64,000 bases of DNA from Planctomycetota bacterium (GTDB lineage Bacteria > Planctomycetota > B15-G4 > JADJEK01): assembly GCA_044225365.1 (NCBI GenBank), contig JBGAIQ010000002.1, positions 96,001-160,000 on the forward strand, read 5' to 3'. Made by a program: the position numbers and the translations under genes. Below the pieces are notes generated by a model. The model worked only from the letters and a program-made list of their open reading frames with translations. It ran no database searches and was not told the origin of the DNA. Of this stretch, positions 29,620 through 38,419 are shown piece by piece (position 1 is the stretch's first letter; each line of letters opens with the position of its first letter).

Positions 29620-29829
29620 GCTTTCCACCCCGTGCGGCGTGAGTATCGCGATGTCGGTCTCGTGGCCGATCCGGAATAGGACGTCGCGGAAGTAGATCTT
29701 CGGATCGAGCCCGACCGCTGGCCAGTTCATTCGACTCGCGGCGAACGGTCGAAGCCCGCACTCGGCGCGGTTGTTATCGAACCCGGTCCGACCGTCGTCG
29801 AGGAAGGTCTGTAGCGCCGCGCATTGATT
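29620..29829 (-). mobile_element. Degenerate IS66 TnpC C-terminal fragment
   Basis: Minus strand reads NQCAALQTFLDDGRTGFDNNRAECGLRPFAASRMNW, matching IS66 NQW..L..FLDDG..EIDNN.AER.LR....GRKNW. It joins directly to AVGLDPKIYFRDVL..I...LTPHG(WK), implying an internal deletion and a frameshift. Confidence 0.85.
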
Positions 29830-29898
29830 CCGTCTGTAGCGGCGGGAAAGACCCTTTACTGCTGGTGCCCTGGAGCGGGCACGAGACCGATCCCGAGA

Positions 29899-30370
29899 AA
29901 GGACGCGCGATCCCGGCGCGCGCGATCCGACTCGACGCTGCGGAGATCGTCATCGAGGAAGGGACGAAGACGGATTCGCAGGCGCTCTACGAAGCGATCG
30001 TCCGCAAGCCGCCGATCCTCGGCGCGGAGACCTTGGAGATCGCATCGAACACCTTCGCTCGGATGGGTCGACGCAGTCCTCTCGTGCTCGAACAGGCGCT
30101 CGCCGCGCAGCGCCCTGTGGAGCAGTTGCTCGTCTTCCGAGTGCTCGCGAGTTCGCTGGGGCTCGATGACGCCGCGGAACAGCAAGCCGCTCGATGATCT
30201 TCGCGTCGCTCGCCGTGGGAGCGTTCGGAGGACGGCTCGAAGTCGCGATCGACCGGCTGGCACACGATCCGAACCCGGAGGTCGCCGCGATCGCCCACAC
30301 GGCGCCGAAGCGAGATCGCAGCAACGGCGGGAAGTGAACGACCGCACGGACCGCCGGGCCGGACCGGCAT
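29899..30370 (+). pseudogene. Truncated, internally deleted duplicate of the HEAT lipoprotein 3' end (direct repeat copy 2)
   Basis: 29899-30192 matches 24292-24585, and 30193-30370 matches 25067-25244. The 481-bp segment between them is missing, which shifts the frame. Confidence 0.88.
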
Positions 30371-30404
30371 CTTACTAATGATGCCGGGCGGAGCCCGGCG
30401 GTCC
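30348..30404. repeat. Inverted REP-like pair (REPIN-like)
   Basis: Degenerate copy at 30348-30370, then 30380-30404, which is the exact reverse complement of 25253-25277. Confidence 0.8.
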
Positions 30405-30415
30405 GAGAGGAGCGC

Positions 30416-32032
30416 TCAGCGCTTTTCGAGCCAGGGGCGGATGAAGTTCGCGAGGGCCTCGCCCACGATCTCGTTGCCGCGGCGGTTGAGGTGGGTATCG
30501 CGCAGGGAGTAGACGTGATGTTTGCCGTCGGGGGGTGACTTCGGGGGAGGCGCGCTTCGCAACAACGGGAGGAGGTCGAGGTAGGGGATGTTCGCCGCGT
30601 CGAAGAACTCTTTGAGCAAGCGTTGGGGCCGATCGCGATCGAGCGCGAATCCAGCGGCGCTCTTCTCGACCGAGTTCCACAAGTCGTCCTCGACCTGGAA
30701 TTCGTCCGGGATGATCACGCAGACGAGGGGGATTCGCCCGGCTCCCTGCTGCATCGCCCGCAGGGCGGCGAACATGGCGTCGGGAGGGGGCGAGTCGACT
30801 CGACATGCGCCGAGCGCGCGAATCACTTCGGTATTCAGGAAACGGCCGGGCGTCATCGTCTCCCGTTCGAGCGCGGGGTCGTCGAGCCACGGGAAGTGGC
30901 GGGCGAGTGCAACGGGATCGTTCGAATCACCCGCCGGAATCGCATGCTCGCCCGCGATCTCACCCGCGGCACGACCGAGCTCTCCCGACTCGGCATCGGC
31001 GATCCACAGCCGGCGCGGCACCTGGTAGAGCAGAAGATTCTCGGTGTCGAGCCAGTCGCCGCCGAACGACGAACCCGCGAATCGCCCCGCGGCGTCGAGG
31101 AAGTCGTTACCGACGAACAGCGACACGACGATGAGGTCGGGAGCGAGAGCGGAGACGTCGGATTGCAGCAGGTCGGCGTATTCGAACGGTCCGATGCCGG
31201 GCAGTCCGACGTTGCACACCTCGGCGCCGGTCTCTCGCTCGCACACGGTTCCGAAATGGAAGTAGTGCGGCACGATCCCGACGACGAACGAATCGCCGAT
31301 CAGCGCGACGCGGGGCTTGTCCGCCGCACCCTTCTGCCGCGGCTGCCATTCGTCGTCGTAGAACCCGCCCGAGTTGCAACGGAAACCGAAGCGATTCGTC
31401 CCCGGCGCATAGCGGGCCGCCGCGACGGCGTCGCTCACGCTTCCCGAGGCGCGTGAGAAGATCGGCGACGGCTTCCAATGCGCGAAGATGCGCAGCGTGA
31501 TCTCGCAGCAGAGGGCGAGCAGGCAGATCTGGAACAGGGCGAACCCGAAGCCGCTCCGAAGTCGTCGCGGCAGGGTCCGCTCGAGCCATGGCGAAAGGAG
31601 TCGCCACGAAACGAAGGCGAGCGATGCCGTCGCCAGGATCAAGAGCCCTTCCATGCGCCGATACGGTTGGACGAGCACGATCCCGGCGATCGACGACCCG
31701 ATGCAGCAGACGAACGCCGCGCGCAGCAGCCCGCCGATGGATGTTGAGACGGTCCCGCGCACGCGCCGCATTGCGACCCCGCCCGCCGCGATGCCCGCAG
31801 CCAGGATTGCGAGGAGCGCGACGTATCGCAGGTCGTAGATCGCGTACATCGGCAGTCGCCGCTGGAGCAGGTGTACCGTGACGTACACCAGATCCGCGAG
31901 CGCCGCAACGAGAAGGGCCGTCTCGGCCCAGTGCGCGAGCGAACGCGTGCCGCGCTCCCTCGGCGCGAGGGAATCGCTCACGTCATCGCTTTCTCGTTTC
32001 ATCGCGGAAGGCTGCATCGCACTCGACATCAT
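30416..32032 (-). CDS. Membrane protein with an SGNH/GDSL hydrolase-like (AlgX/AlgJ-like) domain
   Basis: Several N-terminal TMs; IGDSFVVG, FVGND, DTHLNRRG. Confidence 0.8.
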   Translation of the reverse strand: MMSSAMQPSAMKRESDDVSDSLAPRERGTRSLAHWAETALLVAALADLVYVTVHLLQRRLPMYAIYDLRYVALLAILAAGIAAGGVAMRRVRGTVSTSIGGLLRAAFVCCIGSSIAGIVLVQPYRRMEGLLILATASLAFVSWRLLSPWLERTLPRRLRSGFGFALFQICLLALCCEITLRIFAHWKPSPIFSRASGSVSDAVAAARYAPGTNRFGFRCNSGGFYDDEWQPRQKGAADKPRVALIGDSFVVGIVPHYFHFGTVCERETGAEVCNVGLPGIGPFEYADLLQSDVSALAPDLIVVSLFVGNDFLDAAGRFAGSSFGGDWLDTENLLLYQVPRRLWIADAESGELGRAAGEIAGEHAIPAGDSNDPVALARHFPWLDDPALERETMTPGRFLNTEVIRALGACRVDSPPPDAMFAALRAMQQGAGRIPLVCVIIPDEFQVEDDLWNSVEKSAAGFALDRDRPQRLLKEFFDAANIPYLDLLPLLRSAPPPKSPPDGKHHVYSLRDTHLNRRGNEIVGEALANFIRPWLEKR

Positions 32033-32112
32033 GGCCGCAACGGTGCGATGGGTCGAAATGAAAAACGGGCGGCGTCCGGAATCGCGCGCGCTCGCGCGTC
32101 CCTCGGTAGATT

Positions 32113-32805
32113 GTGCGCGTGCCCGGCGAGACTCACCCCCGTCATCACTACGGCCTGCTGCATCGGTTCCGTTATCGGCACCGCCTGCTGCTCGCGGTGC
32201 TGATCGGGTTCTTCCTCACGCTCCCGGCGATCGAGAACGGTTGGGTGCCGTCGTACGTCGGCTCTCTGCTCTTCACGTTCGTCGTCGTCCCGAGCGTCAT
32301 CGCCACGGGGCGGAACGCGAGGCTCATCGGAGTGGGGCTGCTACTCGCCTCGCCCTCGGTCGTCGTGCTCGCTCTCGTGTTCTTCGGGATCGTTCCGCGC
32401 AATGCGACCTCGGAGGCGGTGCACGCGGGATCGATGGCGGCGGTGTTGCTCTTCGCCGTCGTCGCGATGGGCCGGCATCTGTTCGTCACGACGGCGGTGA
32501 ACGAGGAGACGCTCGCGGCGTCGATCGGCGTCTACGTCCTCATCGGCTACCTGTTCGCGAGCCTCTACGAGTTCCACTACCATGTGATCGGCGGAACGCT
32601 GAGCGGGATGCCGGGGCCGCTCAGCATGTCGCAGTTCGTGTACTTCAGCTTCACGACGCTCACAACCGTCGGCTTCGGCGAGTTGATCCCGGCGACGCCC
32701 TTCGCGCGCGCGCTCGCCAACATCGAAGGGGTCGCGGGGCAGGTCTTCCTCGTCGTCCTCGTCGCGCGGCTCGTCGGACGTTCGATGCTCGAACGTGATG
32801 GATGA
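32113..32805 (+). CDS. Potassium channel family protein (Ion_trans_2)
   Basis: Multi-TM protein with pore motif YFSFTTLTTVGFGELIP and C-terminal EGVAGQVFLVVLVARLVG. Confidence 0.85.
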   Translation: MRVPGETHPRHHYGLLHRFRYRHRLLLAVLIGFFLTLPAIENGWVPSYVGSLLFTFVVVPSVIATGRNARLIGVGLLLASPSVVVLALVFFGIVPRNATSEAVHAGSMAAVLLFAVVAMGRHLFVTTAVNEETLAASIGVYVLIGYLFASLYEFHYHVIGGTLSGMPGPLSMSQFVYFSFTTLTTVGFGELIPATPFARALANIEGVAGQVFLVVLVARLVGRSMLERDG

Positions 32806-32876
32806 GGCCGCCGACGGCTCGTTTTGGCCGGCGAACCTGTTAATCTGCCGAGTTCCACCCCGAGGAATCCGAGCGC

Positions 32877-34565
32877 ATGGGCGTCAGCACTTCCGACATC
32901 ATCTTCCAGCTCCAGAAGGTCACCAAGTCCGTCGGCACGCGAACCTTGTTCGAGGACGCGTCGCTGTCGTTCCTGAAGGGCGCGCGCATCGGCGTCATCG
33001 GGCCGAACGGCATGGGCAAGTCGACGCTCCTCAAGATCATGGCGGGAGTCGACAAGGAGTACTACGGCGAGGTGTTCCTCGCTCCCGGCACCAAGGTCGG
33101 CTACGTGCCGCAGGAGCCGAAACTCGATCCCGCCCTCACCGTGATGGGCAACGTCGAGCAGGGCGTGAAGCCGATCCGCGACATGATCAAGAAGTACGAG
33201 GAGATCAGCGCGAAGCTCGGCGAGGAGATGCCCGAGGAGCAGATGAACGACCTCATCGAGAAGATGGGGCGATTGCAGGAGGAGATCGACGCGAAGGACG
33301 CGTGGGAGCTCGACCGGCACATCGAACAGGCGATGCACGCCCTGCGCCTGCCGCCGCCCGATTCCGCCGTCACGCATCTCTCGGGCGGCGAGAAGCGTCG
33401 CGTCGCGCTGTGCCGCACGCTCCTCGAACATCCGGATCTGCTGCTGCTCGACGAACCGACGAACCATCTCGACGCCGACACGGTGCTCTGGCTCGAGCGC
33501 CATCTGCAGGATTACCAGGGCACGATCGTCCTCGTCACGCACGACCGCTACTTCCTCGACAACGTCGTGGGCTGGATGCTCGAGGTCGATCGCGGTGAGT
33601 TGCGCCCCTACGAAGGCAACTACTCGAGCTACCTGGCGCAGCGTGAGGAATACTATCGCCAGCGGCAGAAGGCCGACGACGAGCGCGCGAAGCTGATCAA
33701 CCGCGAGCTCGAGTGGATCCGACAGAATCCGAAGGGCCGCGGCACCAAGAGCAAGTCGCGCATCGCGCGGTACGAAGAACTCGTCTCGCAGCACAGCAAG
33801 ACGATCAAGGACGAGCTCACGCTCCACATCGGCTTCACGAAGCGCCTTGGCGACAAGGTGATGGTCGTGAAGGACGTCTCGAAGAAGTACGGCGACCGCG
33901 TCGTCTTCAAGGGCCTCGACTTCGAGCTGCCCGCCGGCGCGATCCTCGGCGTCGTCGGCCCGAACGGCACCGGCAAGACGACGCTCATGCGCATGATCGT
34001 GGGCCAAGATTCAACGGCGAAGCCCGACACGGGCGCGATCGAGATCGGCGCCACGGTCGATCTCTGCTACCTCGATCAGAGCCGCGAAGCACTGAAGGAC
34101 GACGTCTCGGTCTACGACGAGATCACGGGCGGCAAGGACATCATGAAGGTCGCGGGCAACGACGTGAACGGCCGCGCCTACGTCTCACGCTTCAACTTCC
34201 GCGGCTCCGACCAGCAGAAGAAGATGCGCGACTGCTCGGGCGGCGAGCGCAATCGAGTGCAGATGGCGAAGATGCTGGCCCGCGGCGGCAACCTCATCCT
34301 GCTCGACGAACCGACGAACGACCTCGATCTCACGACGCTGCGCCATCTCGAGGAAGCGCTCCTCGAATTCCCCGGCAACTGCATCGTCGTCACGCACGAC
34401 CGCTGGTTCCTCGACCGCATCGCGACGCACATCCTCGCCTTCGAGGGCGACGGGACCGTGTACTTCCATCCCGGCAACTTCGAGAGCTGGCGCGAGTACC
34501 GCATCTCGCTCGGCCTGAAGACCGACGAGCCGGTGGGCGCGCATCGCCGCTTCAGCGGGTCCTGA
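32877..34565 (+). CDS. ettA: Energy-dependent translational throttle ABC-F ATPase
   Basis: Two ABC domains (GPNGMGKST, LSGGEKRRVALCR, LDEPTNHLD; GPNGTGKTT, LDEPTNDLD). EttA-type linker RELEWIRQNPKGRGTKSKSRI. Confidence 0.9.
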   Translation: MGVSTSDIIFQLQKVTKSVGTRTLFEDASLSFLKGARIGVIGPNGMGKSTLLKIMAGVDKEYYGEVFLAPGTKVGYVPQEPKLDPALTVMGNVEQGVKPIRDMIKKYEEISAKLGEEMPEEQMNDLIEKMGRLQEEIDAKDAWELDRHIEQAMHALRLPPPDSAVTHLSGGEKRRVALCRTLLEHPDLLLLDEPTNHLDADTVLWLERHLQDYQGTIVLVTHDRYFLDNVVGWMLEVDRGELRPYEGNYSSYLAQREEYYRQRQKADDERAKLINRELEWIRQNPKGRGTKSKSRIARYEELVSQHSKTIKDELTLHIGFTKRLGDKVMVVKDVSKKYGDRVVFKGLDFELPAGAILGVVGPNGTGKTTLMRMIVGQDSTAKPDTGAIEIGATVDLCYLDQSREALKDDVSVYDEITGGKDIMKVAGNDVNGRAYVSRFNFRGSDQQKKMRDCSGGERNRVQMAKMLARGGNLILLDEPTNDLDLTTLRHLEEALLEFPGNCIVVTHDRWFLDRIATHILAFEGDGTVYFHPGNFESWREYRISLGLKTDEPVGAHRRFSGS

Positions 34566-34574
34566 CGGACTGCC

Positions 34575-35153
34575 TCAAGACGTCTTGCGAAGCTTGCTCG
34601 CTCGCGGCCGCGCGACCGGCTTGCGAGGAGTCGGCTCGCGTTTCGTTGCGGGCTTCGGCTTCGTCCGGGGGTTTGCCTTGCCGATCGCGGCGGTCATCGA
34701 GAGGACTCGCTTGCCGGCCCGTTTGCTCACGGGCGGCAGGATCGCGAGCACGTAGGACTGCAGCGACGACGGGACCTGGGCCGCCGGCGGACCGAGCGGG
34801 GTGCGATTCTCGAACAGGATCTCGGGGATGACGGCGCGCGCGAGGCGGCGCTTCACGCGGTAGATCACGTCGCCGTCGACGATCATCGCGAAGGGCAGGA
34901 GCACGAGCGGGGTCGTGGCGAACGACTGCGTGGTCTTGAACGCGCCCACGGCGACGACGACGGAGCGCTGCGCGATCTCGATCGTGAACTCGTCGCCGTT
35001 CGCGGACGGCACGCCGTGCACGTCGATGGTCGCCACGGCGAGGAAGCGTCCGGCTTCGTCGCGGCGGATGAGGAACGCTGGCCAGAGCTGGACTCGGCCT
35101 GGCGATGGTTCAGGATTCGTCTCGACAAGGATCGCGGGCGTGCGATCAAGCAT
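34575..35153 (-). CDS. Hypothetical protein with a basic Lys/Pro-rich tail
   Basis: ATG 35153 with a GAAGGA RBS; fills the gap between ettA and the thioredoxin gene. Confidence 0.55.
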   Translation of the reverse strand: MLDRTPAILVETNPEPSPGRVQLWPAFLIRRDEAGRFLAVATIDVHGVPSANGDEFTIEIAQRSVVVAVGAFKTTQSFATTPLVLLPFAMIVDGDVIYRVKRRLARAVIPEILFENRTPLGPPAAQVPSSLQSYVLAILPPVSKRAGKRVLSMTAAIGKANPRTKPKPATKREPTPRKPVARPRASKLRKTS

Positions 35154-35387
35154 TCGAACTTCCTTCACGGGCGTGTGCGGCGGCGCGACGCCGTGCGCTG
35201 GCGCGTGGCGATGCTGGAACGTTCGGCGTATCCTGGACCCACTCGATGAGGCTTTCGTGAGATTCATCGAGCAGTGGCCGAGGAATCGCGGAACGCATCG
35301 GTGCACGGCTCGTAAACACGCGCCCGACCTTCGGCACGGTCCGATTCCGTTCTTACGTCCCCGGGATTTCGAGGAGATCCACCCGTT

Positions 35388-36362
35388 ATGCGCACCACCC
35401 TTCGCAAACTCTCGATCGCCGCCATCGCGGCAACCTTGCTCGCCGGGTCGGCCCTGGCCGGCGACTCCTGGCTCACGAGCTACAAGGACGCGCTCGCCAA
35501 GTCGAAGGAAACGAAATTGCCGGTGATGGCGGACTTCACCGGGAGCGACTGGTGCCACTGGTGCATCTCGCTGAAGAAGGAAGTCTTCGACACCGACGAG
35601 TTCAAGAAGTGGGCCGCGGACCACGTGATCCTGCTCGAACTGGACTTCCCGCAGGGCAAGAAGCTGAGCAAGGAGCTCACGAAGCAGAACGAAGACCTGA
35701 AGGCGAAATTCAACATCGAGGGCTTTCCGACGCTCGTCTTCCTGAACGGCGACGGCAAGGAACTCGGTCGCGGCGGCTACGTCGAAGGCGGTCCCAAGCC
35801 GTGGATCGAGGCGGCGGAGAAAGCCATGAAGGGCGAGCCGAAGGACGCCGCGAAGGCGCCCGAGGCGAAGGCCGGCGAGGACAAGGGCCCGTGGATCGAG
35901 AGCTGGGACGATGCCGTCAAGCGCTCGAAGAAGGAAGGCAAGATGATCCTTGCCGACTTCACGGGCAGCGACTGGTGCCCCTGGTGCATCAAGCTCCACG
36001 ACGAGGTGTTCAACACGCCAGAGTTCAAATCGTGGGCGAGCGCCAACGTCGTGCTGCTGCTCCTCGACTTCCCGCATCACGAACAGGCCGATTCGATCAA
36101 GAAGCAGAACGAGAAACTGCAATCGAAGTACGGGATCCAGGGCTTCCCGACCGTCCTCTTCCTCGACGCCGCGGGCAAGAAGAAGGGACAGATGGGTTAT
36201 GAAGCGGGCGGTCCGAAGCCGTGGATCGAGAAGGCCGCGAAGATCGCAGGCAACAAGAAGCCGGCGCCGGCTCCCAAAGACGCGCCCGCGAAGGATTCGA
36301 AGGACGGCGAGAAGACCGACCCGAAGGCGGGCGGCACCGATCAGAAGCCCACGAAGAACTGA
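35388..36362 (+). CDS. Secreted tandem thioredoxin-fold protein (DsbH-like), two CxxC domains
   Basis: Signal peptide; FTGSDWCHWC and FTGSDWCPWC, each followed by a GFPT cis-Pro loop. Confidence 0.9.
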   Translation: MRTTLRKLSIAAIAATLLAGSALAGDSWLTSYKDALAKSKETKLPVMADFTGSDWCHWCISLKKEVFDTDEFKKWAADHVILLELDFPQGKKLSKELTKQNEDLKAKFNIEGFPTLVFLNGDGKELGRGGYVEGGPKPWIEAAEKAMKGEPKDAAKAPEAKAGEDKGPWIESWDDAVKRSKKEGKMILADFTGSDWCPWCIKLHDEVFNTPEFKSWASANVVLLLLDFPHHEQADSIKKQNEKLQSKYGIQGFPTVLFLDAAGKKKGQMGYEAGGPKPWIEKAAKIAGNKKPAPAPKDAPAKDSKDGEKTDPKAGGTDQKPTKN

Positions 36363-36364
36363 TC

Positions 36365-36385
36365 CCGTCGGGAAACCCACGGTTT
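36365..36385 (+). terminator. Possible terminator hairpin
   Basis: CCGT(C)GGG-AAA-CCCACGG followed by TTT, immediately after the stop at 36362. Confidence 0.35.
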
Positions 36386-36523
36386 CGTGAACACGCGCTC
36401 GACTCGCCATCGCGGGTCGGGCGCGTCGTCGTTCACGGGCAACGATTGGCGGCGGCGCTTGCGATGTGGTGAGATCGCCGCCATTCGGCGGCCGATTCGC
36501 CAGCCAAGAAGAGACGACGCACC

Positions 36524-38419
36524 ATGCCCGAACTCTCCTACACCGACCGTTTGAACCACGACTACGAGCGCGTCCACACGGCGAAGGAAGACGCCTTCTG
36601 GACGGCCTACATGGGCCTCGCCGACGATGCGTCGGCCGCTCGCGCGGAGCTGGTGAAGAAGGAGCAGGAGTTGAAGGCGTTCCTCGCCGATCCCAACCGC
36701 CTCCGCACGACGCGCGATGAGCTCTCCCGGGTCGATCGCGCGCAGCATGTGGGGCATGACTCGCACTCGAAGGGCGTTCCGACCGCCGCCGAGATCGTGA
36801 GCCTGAAGGGCTGGGTTCGCACCTTCGAGGCGCACGTGATCGAGAGCGAGGAGGCGCGCGGACTCTCCGAACGACTCGTCGAGATGGAGGGCGCGCTCGC
36901 CAAGGAGCGCGGCAAGTTGAAGCTCGGGTACGACGATCCCCAGAAGGGCTTCGTGGCCGCGAACACCGTGAAGCTCGCCAACCTCGTCGCCAACGATCCC
37001 GACGAACGCATTCGGAGATCGGCGTGGGAGGGTATGCGTTCGATCGAACCGCACGTGCTCGGGGCCGGGTTCATCGAACTCGTGAAGGCGCGAAATCGCT
37101 TCGGCCGGATGCAGGGCGGCGAGGACTTCTACGACGCCACGGTGCGCCGCGTCGAGGGGCTCTCGAAGGCCGAGATCTTCGCGCTGCTCGACGAACTCGA
37201 AGCGAAGACGCGAGAGCGCGGCAAGCAGGCGATCGACGAGCTGTCGCGCACCGTCGCGAGTTCGAGCGTGAAGGTCACGCCGTGGAACGTGCGTTACCTC
37301 GTCTCCGGCGACGTGAGCAAGGAGCAGGATCCGTACTTCGTGTTCTCCGAGGCCGTCGCGCGCTGGGGGAGGAGCTTCGCCGCGCTCGGCATCCAGTACC
37401 GAGGTGCGCGCCTCGTCCTCGATCTCGTCGACCGCAAGGGCAAGTACGAGAACGGATTCATGCACGGCCCGAAGCCGGCCTGGCGCGATCATGGCGTCTT
37501 CCGCCCGGCGCGCATCCAGTTCACGGCGAACGCGATCCCGGGGCTCGTCGGCGCGGGCAAGCGCGCGACCGAGACGCTCTTCCATGAAGGCGGTCACGCC
37601 GCGCACTTCGCGAACATGGACATGCCGGCGCCGTGCTTCTCGCAGGAGTTCGCTCCTTCGTCGGTCGCCTTCGCCGAGACGCAGAGCATGTTTCTCGACA
37701 GCCTGCTCTCCGACGCCGACTGGCAGGCGCGTTACGCCCGCACGCGTCAGGGAGCGCCGATGCCGACCGAGCTCGTGATGCGCGGCATTCGCGAGAGCCA
37801 GCCGTTCGCCGCCTGGAACCTGCGCGCGATGCTCGCGGTGTGCTACGGCGAGAAGGCGATCTACGAGATCCCGGAGTCTGAGCTCACGATGGATCGCGTG
37901 CTGAAGGAGCTGCGCGACGTCGAGCGTCGCATGCTCTTCCTCGAGGGTTCGCCGCGCCCGATCCTCGCCGTGCCGCACCTGCTCGCGGGCGAGAGCAGCG
38001 CTTACTACCACGGCTACGTGCTCGCGGAGATGGCCGTCGCTCACACGCGTCACTACTTCAAGGAGCGCGACGGACATCTCGTCGACAACGAGAAGATCGG
38101 TCCCGACCTTCGCACTCACTACTGGACCGACGGCAACGCGATGCGCTTCACCGATTTCGTCGCGCGGCTCACCAAGAAGCCGCTCTCGGCGGAGGCCCTC
38201 GCCTTCGACGTGAACCGCGACGCGGAGACGGCGTCGAGTGACGCCCGCGCCGCGATCGCGCGGTTGCAAGAGATCGCGCCTTTCACGGGCAAGGTCGATC
38301 TCGACGCGTCGATCCGCATCGCGCACGGCAACGAGACGATCGCGGAGGATCCCGATTTCGAGAAGCTCAGTCGTGAATTCGCGGGCTGGATCGAGAAGCT
38401 CGAGGCGAACAAATCGTGA
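36524..38419 (+). CDS. M3 family metallopeptidase (oligoendopeptidase F-like)
   Basis: DRKGKYENGF, TLFHEGGHAAH, AETQSMF, YYHGY. Confidence 0.88.
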   Translation: MPELSYTDRLNHDYERVHTAKEDAFWTAYMGLADDASAARAELVKKEQELKAFLADPNRLRTTRDELSRVDRAQHVGHDSHSKGVPTAAEIVSLKGWVRTFEAHVIESEEARGLSERLVEMEGALAKERGKLKLGYDDPQKGFVAANTVKLANLVANDPDERIRRSAWEGMRSIEPHVLGAGFIELVKARNRFGRMQGGEDFYDATVRRVEGLSKAEIFALLDELEAKTRERGKQAIDELSRTVASSSVKVTPWNVRYLVSGDVSKEQDPYFVFSEAVARWGRSFAALGIQYRGARLVLDLVDRKGKYENGFMHGPKPAWRDHGVFRPARIQFTANAIPGLVGAGKRATETLFHEGGHAAHFANMDMPAPCFSQEFAPSSVAFAETQSMFLDSLLSDADWQARYARTRQGAPMPTELVMRGIRESQPFAAWNLRAMLAVCYGEKAIYEIPESELTMDRVLKELRDVERRMLFLEGSPRPILAVPHLLAGESSAYYHGYVLAEMAVAHTRHYFKERDGHLVDNEKIGPDLRTHYWTDGNAMRFTDFVARLTKKPLSAEALAFDVNRDAETASSDARAAIARLQEIAPFTGKVDLDASIRIAHGNETIAEDPDFEKLSREFAGWIEKLEANKS

